Origin: Phycisphaerae bacterium
Lineage (GTDB): Bacteria > Planctomycetota > Phycisphaerae > UBA1845
Reading direction: 5' to 3'
DNA length: 64,000 nucleotides
Assembly (NCBI GenBank): GCA_963666835.2
Contig: CAXXGO010000001.1
Coordinates: 1,440,001-1,504,000 of the forward strand
Shown here: piece after piece, positions 31,424-42,036 of the stretch
How the letters are laid out: each line of letters starts with the position of its first letter
How positions within the stretch are numbered: the first letter of the stretch is position 1
Position numbers and translations under genes: made by a program
Notes under the pieces: generated by a model
What the model was told of the DNA's origin: nothing
Database searches by the model: none
What the model saw: only the letters and a program-made list of their open reading frames with translations

Positions 31424-31903
31424 TTACGGAGCCACACTGAGTTTCAGCGATGGGATATCTTCATACTCCTTGATCTTCGATATTACCACCGATGCGAGCT
31501 CACCGGATCTGATTTGTATCTCCTCGAACTCCGTATCATATCCTTCTGTCAAGAACAGCAAGATCGCTTCGACGCCGGGTTGCCGGAGCACCCGCGAAAT
31601 CCACCCCTCAATCCTCCGAAAGTTGTCGAATATGACCGCAGGAGCATTATTATATGGAGAGATAAGGGTGTCCGAAGTGTCCTCCATTGGAGACGCCGTA
31701 ATCAGGAATGGGGTGGCTGTCGTGTTCGTGATACCGAACTTGAGGAGCATTTCAGCCACGTTGTCCTGTTTGATGTTATAAGACAACATGACATGAACTC
31801 CGAGATCCAAGCCAGTCCTTGTCGAGCGCCAGCAGGCGCTTTCGAGGACGGAATCGGTGGTGTTGCCGGAGTATAGTATCTGTCCGAAAGCGAAGTAACT
31901 CAT
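31424..31903 (-). CDS. cognate immunity candidate for orphan toxin 31900-32723
   Basis: ATGA overlap with the toxin stop; visibly AT-richer than the backbone. Confidence 0.7.
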   Translation of the reverse strand: MSYFAFGQILYSGNTTDSVLESACWRSTRTGLDLGVHVMLSYNIKQDNVAEMLLKFGITNTTATPFLITASPMEDTSDTLISPYNNAPAVIFDNFRRIEGWISRVLRQPGVEAILLFLTEGYDTEFEEIQIRSGELASVVISKIKEYEDIPSLKLSVAP

Positions 31904-32723
31904 GCCGGGTATCCATTTGAAGTTGTTGGGGAATCGTCATACCCCGAAGAAAGTGGGGTTGTTTCCTCCGGGGTTATTGGGCGGCCTTGATCGTCGAATC
32001 TCCTGTTATGTTCATGTGGCCGAATTCTGTTGTGTGTATGGTCGAAGTCCTGTCTACTGAATGGATGACCGTTCTCATCGTAGAAGGTCCTGGATCTTAC
32101 TCTCCCTTGGTCGTCCACTCGCTCATAGATCGAGTTGGGGAGCGATTTCTTCTTCGCACGTTTCGTTCCTTGCTCGACGGTGGTCTCTGCCGCCTTTGCC
32201 GCCTTCGCGGCGTCGGTTGCGTCATCCGCCAGGTCACCGACACGGGCGGCGATTGGCTTGCCGGTGGCCTTGTCCGCCCAGACGGTGATCTTGGTTCCGG
32301 CTTTGATGCCGAGTTTGGTCGCCACCTTCGCGGTGGCCTTTATCACCGAAACCGTTATCAGATCCGACGGGTCCGGGATATTGACTTCGATCAGCAGCAG
32401 CATCGCCGCGGCCGCGGGAGCCGAGTAGATCTTGACCTGCTCGCCGGCGGCCTGGACTTTGTCGAGACCCTGTATCTTCCTCCAACGGTATCCCTCTGCC
32501 GCGGCGAACGCGTCATCGTCAGTTGCACCGAACCCCAGCGGATCCAGCATCACCCACGGGTCGTTTCCGACGTACGAGTAGCCGTTGCCCAGTTCGAGCG
32601 GGTCGGTCCAGATTCCGATTCGGTCGCGGACGGTGAACCGACCGGCGATGGGGTCGACGTATCTCGTACGGTAATAGTATAACCCGGTCTCGGGGTCGAT
32701 GCGACGACCGGTGAACAAATACG
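31900..32723 (-). pseudogene. orphan Rhs core fragment + C-terminal toxin (Ntox24-like His-rich nuclease candidate)
   Basis: Similarity to the main Rhs starts at YLFTGRRIDPETG. PWVMLDPLG cleavage motif. CT is PNSIYER...TFYDENG..SRQDFDH.H...PHEH. Confidence 0.75.
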
Positions 32724-32752
32724 TTTCGGCCAGATGCTCTTCGTTTAGCGGG

Positions 32753-33352
32753 TCACACAACTGAGCCCCGGCGTTCATCTACGACCGGATTGAGTTCTTT
32801 CTGCGAAAGCAGTTCCTCCAATGCCTGCCCACCGTAATCCAACTTGTATTGAAGCTCCGAATCGGTTATTGGAATCATCCACAGAATATCGCTCTTATCT
32901 CCCAGGACCTCGAGCGTATCGAAGTCCTCTTCCTCGAAGTAGGGCGGTAAGAAGAAGGCACTCGTTAGAAGCGATCGTTCGGGGATCATGGACATCCCGT
33001 AAGGCACGGTATGCCACCAGTGCAGGAACGTATCATCTGCAAACGGCATATCCGCTAACAACTTCAGGAGGCGAAACATCCACGGTTGCGGTTCTCGTAC
33101 ATACATCACGAGCTCTGTGCGAGCTGATACATAGTCAGGCGCTTCTGCCGGGACAGACTGCCTGAGATCGCTCATGCCACCTGTTATCAACACCCAATGA
33201 TCGCGACTACCAGAAGGTGGAAACTGATAAACATCAATATGAGGGATCTTGTCATCAGTTGAGTGCATGATCGGCTCAGAGATTGAGCCAAAATGCTCTA
33301 CGTAGTGAGCCTCCCGGACAGCTATAGGGTGTTTGTTAGATACGGACATCAT
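32753..33352 (-). CDS. suppressor-of-fused (SUFU) domain immunity protein
   Basis: HY.EHFG...HIDVYQFPP...WVLITGGMS...RTELVM...WHT...IPIT.SEL. Confidence 0.8.
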   Translation of the reverse strand: MMSVSNKHPIAVREAHYVEHFGSISEPIMHSTDDKIPHIDVYQFPPSGSRDHWVLITGGMSDLRQSVPAEAPDYVSARTELVMYVREPQPWMFRLLKLLADMPFADDTFLHWWHTVPYGMSMIPERSLLTSAFFLPPYFEEEDFDTLEVLGDKSDILWMIPITDSELQYKLDYGGQALEELLSQKELNPVVDERRGSVV

Positions 33353-33368
33353 GCCGCGTATTGCCCTA

Positions 33369-33740
33369 TCATAGATCACCGGCACCGGACACCAGACGTA
33401 CCCTATCCAGCAAGTATGCTTCGATGCCGTCGGCCTCTACCGCCTTCTCGCCAATTGCAAGAAGCTGCAATTGGATACGTTCGCGAGATGATTCGATCTT
33501 GGGATCCAAATCATAGCAGAAGCTCAATCTGAAATTATGCACGCCGAAGCACCTCAAGAGGACAAGAGGGTGCTTCGGATCCAGTGTCTCCAGACTTATT
33601 TCGAGGTTACCCGGGCAGTTCCACGCATCGACCCCATGGCCGCACACGGATGCAGGCGACTCGAAGCGCGTGTACTTCACAAACGCGCGGTCCCAGTCGA
33701 CGCTGTCAAAAAGAGCTTGGACTTCCTTGGGGTCATGCAC
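33369..33740 (-). CDS. immunity paralog 3 (DW..A.VKY.RFESP family)
   Basis: Homologous to 33994-34419 and 34622-34990. GGAGG-7nt-GTG start. Confidence 0.7.
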   Translation of the reverse strand: MHDPKEVQALFDSVDWDRAFVKYTRFESPASVCGHGVDAWNCPGNLEISLETLDPKHPLVLLRCFGVHNFRLSFCYDLDPKIESSRERIQLQLLAIGEKAVEADGIEAYLLDRVRLVSGAGDL

Positions 33741-33993
33741 TGTCAATCCTCCGATAAGCGGCACTCGTGTTGTTGCCGGGGTCCAATCGGTCTGTCTCAT
33801 CTCGGTTAACGCGACCGTGACAAGCGACGGCTTGTCCTGCTCCGCGTCTCGTAAACTCTAAGCACCGTGCCCCCGACCGTCGCCTCTGCCTACCCGACCA
33901 AGCCGGTGTTCCCAATATGCGAAGGTGATGACCCGAGACCCGGAACGCCGGCATTGCGTAACCTCCGCAACCAGCTCGATTAGCAGGCTTGGG

Positions 33994-34419
33994 CTATCCG
34001 GCCTCAGGACGTTTCGTTGTCGGTCCGTACGGCTTTCGGTTCGACCATCGCAGATTACCGGTGGCTGATTCAAGATGCCTTTCACTCAGCGCATACACCT
34101 CGACGGCTTCAGCCTCTATCACCGTGTTGCCGGCCCCTAGAAGCCACAAACGGATACGTCCTCCAGTGGACTCAATCCTCGGATGCAAATCGTGGAGGAG
34201 GCTCAAGCCGCACTCATATACGTCACGGCACCTCAGCAGAAGAAGCGGGGTCTTCGAATCCGTCGTTTCGAGAGCTACTTCCAAGTTGCCGAGGCATTCG
34301 AATGCGAAGATCCCAGAGTCATGCACCGCCGTGGGCGACTCGAATCGCATGTACTTCACGATTGCGTTTCTCCAGTCGATGCGGTTAAGAAGAGCTCGAA
34401 CTTCGTCGATGTCACGCAC
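33994..34419 (-). CDS. immunity paralog 2 (DW..A.VKY.RFESP family)
   Basis: IDWRNAIVKYMRFESP...LLLLRC...PRIESTGGR. Same RBS/GTG context as paralog 3. Confidence 0.7.
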   Translation of the reverse strand: MRDIDEVRALLNRIDWRNAIVKYMRFESPTAVHDSGIFAFECLGNLEVALETTDSKTPLLLLRCRDVYECGLSLLHDLHPRIESTGGRIRLWLLGAGNTVIEAEAVEVYALSERHLESATGNLRWSNRKPYGPTTKRPEAG

Positions 34420-34621
34420 AGTCAACTCTCCAAACATCCTTTCCCGAAGTATTGCCCAACTCCACTGGGGCGGTACGGGTCCCAGGCCGGTCGCGGATGG
34501 CGAGCCACCCGGTAACCGAAGGCAACCATCGTATACGCACTTCATACGCTGCCCCGGCCGCCTTGGCAAGGCTGTAGAGCGTCTTCAGCCCGCTGGCGGG
34601 TGCCTTCGACGGGTCGCCCGA

Positions 34622-34990
34622 TTATCGCGAATCACCGGATTCAGAAGGCGCTTCCCGGGGGGCGTATACTTCGACTTCTTCAGCCTCTACCGTCATTCCT
34701 CCACCCTCGACAAGGCATAAACGGACACGTCCTCCGGATGACTCAATCCTAGGTTCCAGATCAAGGCATGGCGACACGCTGAATTCGTACACTCGCAAGC
34801 ACCTCAATAGAAGAAGCCGGTGCTCGGGATACAGTATCTCCAAGGCGATCTCCAGGTCGCCGGTACGATCGGGCGCGTCAATCATGTGCCCGTACAGTGA
34901 CGTAGGCGACTCAAACCGTACATACTTCACAAACGCATCGTCCCAGTCGATGCCGTCAAAAAGAGCTTGGACTTCCGTGAGGTTCAGCAT
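34622..34990 (-). CDS. immunity paralog 1, cognate candidate for toxin 34984-37077
   Basis: Start overlaps the toxin stop. IDWDDAFVKYVRFESP...LLLLRC...PRIESSGGR. Confidence 0.75.
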   Translation of the reverse strand: MLNLTEVQALFDGIDWDDAFVKYVRFESPTSLYGHMIDAPDRTGDLEIALEILYPEHRLLLLRCLRVYEFSVSPCLDLEPRIESSGGRVRLCLVEGGGMTVEAEEVEVYAPREAPSESGDSR

Positions 34991-37077
34991 GGCCAATTAA
35001 TCGTCCCAATAGGGTCATGATTACCACTGCGCTGTGCGTCTGGACGAGGATGCTGGGAGTCGTAGTCCGAGTCATGTTGGTGCGGGTGCCTGCGCCCAGT
35101 ACCATGTAAGTCGTCATACTGTTTATGTCTGTTTCCATGTTTGTCGTAGGTCGTAACCTGTTTCGTTCGGCCATCTTTCGTGTACCGGCGGCGAGTGGAA
35201 TAGGGCGAGCTTTGATCCGGAGCACGTTTTTTCCAATACTTCTCGTATCTCTTCGCCTCGTCAGGCGACATATCATCCACAAACGTTCTCACCCGTTTAC
35301 TTGCGTTCTCAACACCCTCCTCTGCTCCTTCCTTGGCGCCCTTAATAAACGTCTTGACGCCCTGCTTGCTGATCGCTTTGGCAGCACCGGCGACGCCGAT
35401 GGCCGTTCCGGCGGCGGTTATGATCCCGCCGGCTGTTGACGCGGCTGCGTCACGGTTGTCGGAGTCGAAGGTCGTTCCGCCGACGGAATCAATCAACCCG
35501 GCGGTGACCTCGCTGGCGATCGCGTCCGCCGTGCCGTGGGTGCGGTCCGAGTTGCTTCTGGCGAACTCGTCCAGGGCCGCGTCGTAAACGCCCTCCGGCG
35601 GATCCCAGTAGCCGGTTATAAACCAGTCGAGCGGCCCGAGCCCGTACGGATCCAGCATCACCCACGGGTCGTTTCCGACGTACGAGTAGCCGTTGCCCAG
35701 TTCCAGTGGGTCGGTCCAGATTCCGATTCGGTCGCGGGTTGTGAACCGCCCGGCGATGGGGTCGAGGTACCTCGTACGGTAATAGTATAACCCGGTTTCA
35801 GGGTCGATGCGACGACCCGTGAACAGATACGGGTTGCCGATCGCCGAGACTTGCTGGTGCGTGGGCTGACCGTTGTGGTCGAGATACTCCGGACTGCCAA
35901 AGTCGCCGTATTCGTAACGTTCGACCACCACGCCGCTTGCGTCGGTCACGGCCACGACGTTGTACATGTCGTCGGTGTGGAAGAAGTAGTCCTCGGGCGT
36001 GCCGTCGCCGTTGACGTCCCGACGCATACTCAACACTTCATCGATGTAATCCCCGTAGACGTACGTAGCCAGGGTTGCCCCGGTCTCGTCCTGCTCTTCG
36101 ATAACCCGCCAGCCGTCGTAGAAGTAGCGGACCTCCTTCCGATGCGCTCCGAGCGCGTCGGTGATCTTCGCAATCCTCCGGCCGAGAGCGTCGTAGAGGT
36201 ACCGGTGCGTCTGCCCGGTGCGGAGGTCCTCGTACCGCACCATCTGATTGTGGAAATCGTACGTCAGTAAGGCGCGCATGCTCGGGCAGGTTGCCCCGGC
36301 GGATGACGAAGCGGCGGCTGCCTCTCCGCACGGTGCCGCGGGCGTGCCGGGGTCGTAAGGGTACGGCTCGCCGCCGAAGGCCTGGACGAGGAGCAGAACG
36401 TCGGACATGTTGACGACGCGGTTGGGCCCCTCGTTATGCACATCCACCCATTCATCCGGCGGGGCGATGGGGTCGTTTGCGAACGCCTGCATACAGGCCA
36501 TCAGGTCGTTCATGCTCAGGTTGCCCTCGGGTGCCATCCATTGGCCCTCGACGAACGACCCGACGCAGTCACCCCAGAACTTCACTCCGGGCCTGGCACA
36601 GGTGTTGACTTCGAACGGCTCAGAGATGCTGATCTCGTTGTACGCCCGGATCTCGAAGGTCGATTCCGGACCGATCGCGCAGTCGTAAACGTGAATGACC
36701 GGCTCATCCCAGACGCGGATCACCGGCGTCGAGCCCAGCGGGTAATAGCCGTCGACGGCCCCGTCGTCGCCGTCGTTGCCGACCCACTTGACCATCCCGA
36801 CGGCGTCGGGGAAGTAGGTGTTCGCGGTCATCTCGACCCGAAACGCCACCGGCTCATCCGCGTTCTGCGGATCGAACGACAGATACCGGTTCTTCGGCGC
36901 ATCATCCGGCGGGGCCGGCGAAGCAGGCGGCTCGACCGTCGGCGCAATCATGGCCGTGAGGTTGCCGTGCAGATCATAGATCCGCGCATCAAACGGCGTG
37001 AGCGTATACTGATTACTCTGACAATCACCCGGCTCGGGTAGCGTGGGGTCACAGGAATAGGACCCCCCGCACGCGTC
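34984..37077 (-). pseudogene. orphan Rhs module: dockerin-like insert + Rhs core + alternative toxin (Ntox24-like)
   Basis: 35375-37077 duplicates 42796-44498 (offset 7421). Unique CT is QVTTYDKHGNRHKQYD..H....HPHQH. In-frame ATG at 36951. Confidence 0.85.
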
Positions 37078-37080
37078 GCG

Positions 37081-37178
37081 CGGTATGGGTCAACTTGTTG
37101 ACCCGTGCTGTGCCATGACGCGGGCACTATCGCGCATCATCGTCTCCCCCACCTCCATAGGAGGTGGGCCACCCGTCC
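37081..37178. repeat. two REP-like palindromes at the orphan-module junction
   Basis: GGTATGGGTCAACTTGTTGACCCGTGC (37082-37108) and CCCACCTCC-ATA-GGAGGTGGG-CCACCC (37148-37174). Confidence 0.6.
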
Positions 37179-37264
37179 GTTGCCCCACCAGTTCCCCGAG
37201 GCGAGCGTTGCCTGGACTGCCCCGAGTACAACGTAGCATCCATGCACGCGGCGAGCTCGCGCTG

Positions 37265-37861
37265 CTATTCCAATGGGGCCTTCAACCACAGCAGATAAGT
37301 GTCCTCCTCAAGACTCGAGACGAAGAGGCCGACGGTTTCCTCCACAATGATCCGCACGTGTTGCTCCGTGAGAATGTCGGCAATCGGCGGAAAGTCCGAG
37401 CGCCCCAGAGCAAGGGTGAGTATTCCGACCTCGATAACGGCGCGACCGGCCTCGTTCAGGACGGTCTCTATTCGAGGGACTCCGCAGTCGTCATTGCGGA
37501 GCAGATGACATACTTCGTTCCGGTATGTTACCGTTCGGCTGGTGTAAGTTAATACGCCAGGGTCATTCGCGCGCGCCGCCAAGTTCTCTACGACAACCAA
37601 TCGTGTGTCATCCTTGACAAGAAAGGCGTGAAGGTGGCATGCCAAGCAGGTCCGGTATGTGGCTGTAAACTCGGGCAGATCGCCAATGATGAGCTTCATG
37701 GCCCGATCATCCGGATGTCCGGTGGGAATCGTTGTGAGCACACCGTTGCGCAAATCAACCATGTCGCGCACGGCGTGGGTTAGCGAATGGCCCCAATCCA
37801 GCCATCGACCCAACGAGAAATCCGGATCAGTGCTGTCAAGATCGCCGTGATAGCCATCCAT
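37265..37861 (-). CDS. putative immunity protein, paralog of 37937-38548
   Basis: Shared pattern DL..G, RLV, EV, FPP...I.T..H.R.I.E.T..F.....YL.W. Confidence 0.65.
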   Translation of the reverse strand: MDGYHGDLDSTDPDFSLGRWLDWGHSLTHAVRDMVDLRNGVLTTIPTGHPDDRAMKLIIGDLPEFTATYRTCLACHLHAFLVKDDTRLVVVENLAARANDPGVLTYTSRTVTYRNEVCHLLRNDDCGVPRIETVLNEAGRAVIEVGILTLALGRSDFPPIADILTEQHVRIIVEETVGLFVSSLEEDTYLLWLKAPLE

Positions 37862-37936
37862 GTTAATGGCGTTCCTCCAATTGCAGTGTCGGCTCAGCCT
37901 TTCAAGCGTGCGACGCCGACGCGAGCGGGCGATATG

Positions 37937-38548
37937 TCAACCGCGACGCCAAATCAGGTAACCCTCCCCGTCGTACGCGCGGGCGAAAACACACTCGGTC
38001 TTCTCTGCTATCAACCGCAAATGCTCACGTGTCATAATCCTGTCAGGCGGTGGAAACCCGGGAACTCCGGGCTGATTCGTCATAACGCCAACCAGCCCTG
38101 CCCCGGCATCAGCATCCGCCAGGATTACCTGGACTCGCAGTTCGTCATGTTCCTCTCCGAGCATCGCGTCGTCGCGCGATATTACCCGGTATACTTCGTC
38201 TTGGAACGTCAGAACCTGACCCAGCAACCGGCATAGATCTGATTCAGTAGCCGTGAGCATGATGTCACTAATAAGCACGAGCCTCTGCTCGTCAACTTCA
38301 AGGTATTCACAGATTGCGTCGACCATGGCATTCTGGCTCCCACCCAGCGACTTCGGCAACCCGCACTTAATCCCATCGACCAACACGTCGTCGGCTGTGT
38401 CGGGTAGAGCTGTGCCGATTCGCCCCGCCGATAGATCGTTGGACTTGAGGACTTCGTGCCCCAGCGCCCCACCAGGCCGACCCGTCAGCGCTTCCCGCAC
38501 GAAGTCCAAGGCCTGCGCCGCCAGGGGCTGCTCGGGTTCATGTTCCAT
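37937..38548 (-). CDS. putative immunity protein (C-terminal AYDGEGYLIW)
   Basis: AAGGAGG RBS; paralog of 37265-37861; Rhs locus context. Confidence 0.7.
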   Translation of the reverse strand: MEHEPEQPLAAQALDFVREALTGRPGGALGHEVLKSNDLSAGRIGTALPDTADDVLVDGIKCGLPKSLGGSQNAMVDAICEYLEVDEQRLVLISDIMLTATESDLCRLLGQVLTFQDEVYRVISRDDAMLGEEHDELRVQVILADADAGAGLVGVMTNQPGVPGFPPPDRIMTREHLRLIAEKTECVFARAYDGEGYLIWRRG

Positions 38549-39029
38549 GGGATTAGCCTCCTTGTCGTACCCTTACAGTGATTTCGTCACCCGTCAACAT
38601 TGCCATACCCGAGTGTACTCAAGAGGCAAACCAGTCGAGACAAGTATCGACCCCGTTGCCCGCCGTGTGGGCCCGGCCATCCATGGGCAGACGTTCGCGC
38701 ACGCTCATCCGCCGATCGGGGCAACCGCCGCCTTTGGGCTCGGAATGCCGCACCCAATTCTAGTGCCAAAACACAACACGCGCTTTGGTCCTCCTGAAAG
38801 AAGGTGTTTCTGACATCAGAAGCTCAGGCCCGTTCGCTCCCAAGGTGAAGCAGCGTCAGAGTACGAGGATACTCCTCCGGGCACGGAAACTCAAGCCTGT
38901 TGCAGAGGGTTGCGAGCACACTATCGGCCAGCAAGCGGAATCGTTGCGATCGATGCCCTTGTCCGTCGCCGCCCTCGTTGCACGCCCCGCACGGCGCAGC
39001 TCGGCAAGATGATGCAACCGAACTTCTTG

Positions 39030-40135
39030 TCAGGCCCGGGGCATGGGCATCGGCGGGATCACCGCCGAGCCCCGTTTTCTGCTCCCGCCCTTCTTCCGTT
39101 TCTTGTATCCGCGCCGCCAGTCCTTCTTCGGCTTAACCTCCTGCTCACCATCGTCGCTCGGGTAGATGCGCCATTCCTTCCCTTTAGGGTCTTTATAATC
39201 ATAGTGGGGAGGGTCCCCGGGGTGGTTGAAGTCTGGATGGAGGTGCTCCTTCGTGTCCTTGTTGTACCACGCACCTTGCGAACTGCCCGGCTTGGTGCCT
39301 GGAGGGCGCCATTCCCAGTCAGGCCCAGGTGGTTCCGTCGGATCTGTAGGACATTTTGGCGCTTCGACCGGTTGATTCGGTTTCTCCGGTTTTTCTGGAT
39401 CGACCGGGATCGGCGGCGGCTTCGGCAGATCCGGGGGTGGCGGTTCGGGTGTATCCTGCGGTTTGTTGAGCTGTTGCTCCACGAGCTTCTTTGCGACGGC
39501 GGCATCAATACCAGCGGCTATCAGCCCACCTATTAATTCCGCCGCCGACTTTCCCATCGAGGCCTCAACCTCAACCCAGGCGATAATCCCCTCAGGATGC
39601 ATCGAGGATGAGAACAACCCGTACGGATCGAGAATGTCCCACGGTGCGTTACCGACGTACGAGTAGCCGTTGCCCAGTTCGAGCGGGTCGGTCCAGATTC
39701 CGATTCGGTCGCGGGTTGTGAACCGACCGGCGATGGGGTCGAGGTATCTCGTACGGTAATAGTATAACCCGGTTTCAGGGTCGATGCGACGACCCGTGAA
39801 CAGGTACGGGTTGCCGATCGCCGAGACTTGCTGGTACGTGGGCTGACCGTTGTGGTCGAGATACTCCGGACTGCCGAAGTCGCCGTATTCGTAGCGTTCG
39901 ACCACCACGCCGCTTGCGTTGGTCACGGCCACGACGTTGTACATGTCGTCGGTGTGGAAGAAGTAGTCCTCGGGCGTGCCGTCGCCGTCGACGTCCCGGC
40001 GCATACTCAACACTTCATCGATGTAATCCCCGTAGACGTACGTGGCCAGGGTCGCCCCGGTCTCGTCTTGTTCCTCGATAACCCGCCAGCCGTCGTAGAA
40101 GTAGCGGACCTCTTTGCGATGCACCCCGAGCGCGT
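39030..40135 (-). pseudogene. orphan Rhs core + Ntox37-like predicted RNase toxin
   Basis: Core is near-identical to the main Rhs from HRKEVRYFYDGW. PWDILDPYGL. CT is PPGPDWEWR..G..GS.QGAWYN....E.LHPD.NH....PHYDY, matching my recollection of the Ntox37 signature. Confidence 0.8.
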
Positions 40136-40207
40136 TCTAAAGGAGATGGCATACCCGCCCAAGAACGGCGAGGTTGGACCCTCGAAGGACGAAACGGCGC
40201 GGCGGTG

Positions 40208-40708
40208 CTACGCGTTCTTCTTACTTAGAATTCCCGACAGATCCGCCATTTCGCCGTGGTAGTAGTATGCGAGCGATTCTGGCAGGCAGACTACGAGGCT
40301 GCTTCCGACTTCCTCATCGGGCAAGACTCGAATAACCTCCTCCAAGGACCCGAATCGTCCGTCCCAAGCGCGAGACTCTGATAACACATAGCAATCCTCG
40401 GGCGCTCCGAGACCTGACAATGCCGTCAGCAACTCTTCGCCGGGCTCGCTCGCGCGATACTCTACGTTCTCTTGGCCCAACGCAAGCCAGTGCTCCAGAC
40501 CGGCGAGCATGGAACGGAACTTCCCCCGGCGCTTCATACTCTTCCGGTCGAGCTTCGGAGGCAACTGGCGATCGGCGGCCAGACTAATGAACCTGTCGCG
40601 TCTCTCCGGCAGAATGAAGGACCTGGCGAACCGCTCTTCATAGTCCCTCTGGCTGGCGGCAACGTCGCTCACTCTCGAATCTCGCGGCTGATGCGCTTCG
40701 CTATTCAC
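40208..40708 (-). CDS. orphan immunity-like protein
   Basis: GTG start overlaps the TGA of a short basic remnant (...RGRWEKKKRK*). EERF..SFI...RRDRF...PEDCYVLS...LAYY.GE. Confidence 0.6.
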   Translation of the reverse strand: MNSEAHQPRDSRVSDVAASQRDYEERFARSFILPERRDRFISLAADRQLPPKLDRKSMKRRGKFRSMLAGLEHWLALGQENVEYRASEPGEELLTALSGLGAPEDCYVLSESRAWDGRFGSLEEVIRVLPDEEVGSSLVVCLPESLAYYYHGEMADLSGILSKKNA

Positions 40709-40798
40709 TTCCTCTTTTTCTTCTCCCATCTGCCTCGGCATTTGCGGGGCCGTCGCGCCCGACGCGCGCCCGGGCTTCTGGACGCAAGATAGAGAGGC

Positions 40799-41260
40799 TC
40801 AAGTTTCGGGTATCGCCAGCGCTGTTCTCAGTTTCAGGCTGACCAATGCACCGCGCGACTCGGGCGACCGCACGTACTTTGCGACGCCGTCCAACGTGGC
40901 GAAGAGCTGGATTAGCGGCTCAACCGAATCGGCGAAGACGATACCGACGATTCGCCGGCGATCCTCATCAGTTAGTTGGTCGTTCTCTAAATCGAAGCAT
41001 GTTTGAAACACCTCCGCATCACCGCGAACCTCATCGATTCGTACGCGAACATCGCACTGATGTTCCTTCGGCGATTCCGGCGGGTCGAGCAGTTTCGGCG
41101 CAACCGCTACGTTCAGGTAATACTGCTCGCCCCACTGGGATCTCTGAAGGTCGACGACTATGATCGTGTCGTCGGTCTTTCTTCGCCAACATAGCCGTTT
41201 CTTGGAGAAGCTCTGTGCCTTCAGCGACGCGGCCAACGTACTCTCTAGGATGTTATGCAT
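40799..41260 (-). CDS. DUF4304-like immunity protein
   Basis: LK..SF.KK...W.R......VV.LQRSQWG..YY.NV. Starts 2 nt after the toxin stop. Confidence 0.75.
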   Translation of the reverse strand: MHNILESTLAASLKAQSFSKKRLCWRRKTDDTIIVVDLQRSQWGEQYYLNVAVAPKLLDPPESPKEHQCDVRVRIDEVRGDAEVFQTCFDLENDQLTDEDRRRIVGIVFADSVEPLIQLFATLDGVAKYVRSPESRGALVSLKLRTALAIPET

Positions 41261-41262
41261 GG

Positions 41263-42033
41263 TCAGGCGCCCAGGTCGTAGGTTTCGACTTCCCATGTCC
41301 ACACCCCGCCGTGTTCTTGCTGGAATTCCTCTGCGTAACCCTGCGCTTGTTTCTCGCCACGCCTGATGGCTCGTGGGTTATTTGGTTTGAGCTCTTTGAC
41401 ATGACGCCTGCGCAGATTGGCTGCATCGGCTCGTTTGCCGCTTGGTGTACGCGCCTCTTTCGTATATCCAGGACCTGGTCGGTAGTTCTTGTGCTCATGT
41501 TGTCCCCTCTTGAGAGCTTCCTTTACTTTGGGGATCCTGGCGCCTTTTAACGCCTTTGCCGCCTTCGCCGCGTCTCCTGCGTCGATGGCGCCGGCGGCTG
41601 CCTTGGCGGTGCCTTTTATGAGGCCTCCGCCCACCTTGGCGATTCCGCCGGCGATGGCCTTGCCGCCGCCGGTTATGGCAAAATCGGCGGCGGTTATGAT
41701 CCCGCCGGCTGTTGACGCGGCTGCGTCACGGTTGCCGGAGTCGAACGCCGTTCCGCCGACGGAATCGATCAGGCCGCCGGTGACCTCGCTGACGATCGCG
41801 TCCGCCGTGCCGTGGGTGCGGTCCGAGTTGCTTCTGGCGAACTCGTCCAAGGCCGCATCGTAAACGCCCTCCGGCGGATCCCAGTAGCCGGTTATAAGCC
41901 AGTCGAGCGGCCCGAGCCCGTACGGATCCAGCATCACCCACGGGTCGTTTCCGACGTACGAGTAGCCGTTGCCCAGTTCGAGCGGGTCGGTCCAGATTCC
42001 GATTCGGTCGCGGACGGTGAACCGGCCGGCGAT
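41263..42033 (-). pseudogene. orphan Rhs core tip + PD-(D/E)xK nuclease toxin (Tox-REase-9-like)
   Basis: No upstream start. Begins IAGRFTVRDRIG 3 nt after the immunity stop. CT is H..Y...KE...PSGKRADA.....VKELKPNN..AI..G.KQ..GY. Confidence 0.8.
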
Positions 42034-42036
42034 AGT

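Noticed and set aside
38550..39029. Cognate immunity ORF for the Ntox37-like tip
   Set aside because: Manual reading of the minus frames gave only short or start-less, low-plausibility peptides.
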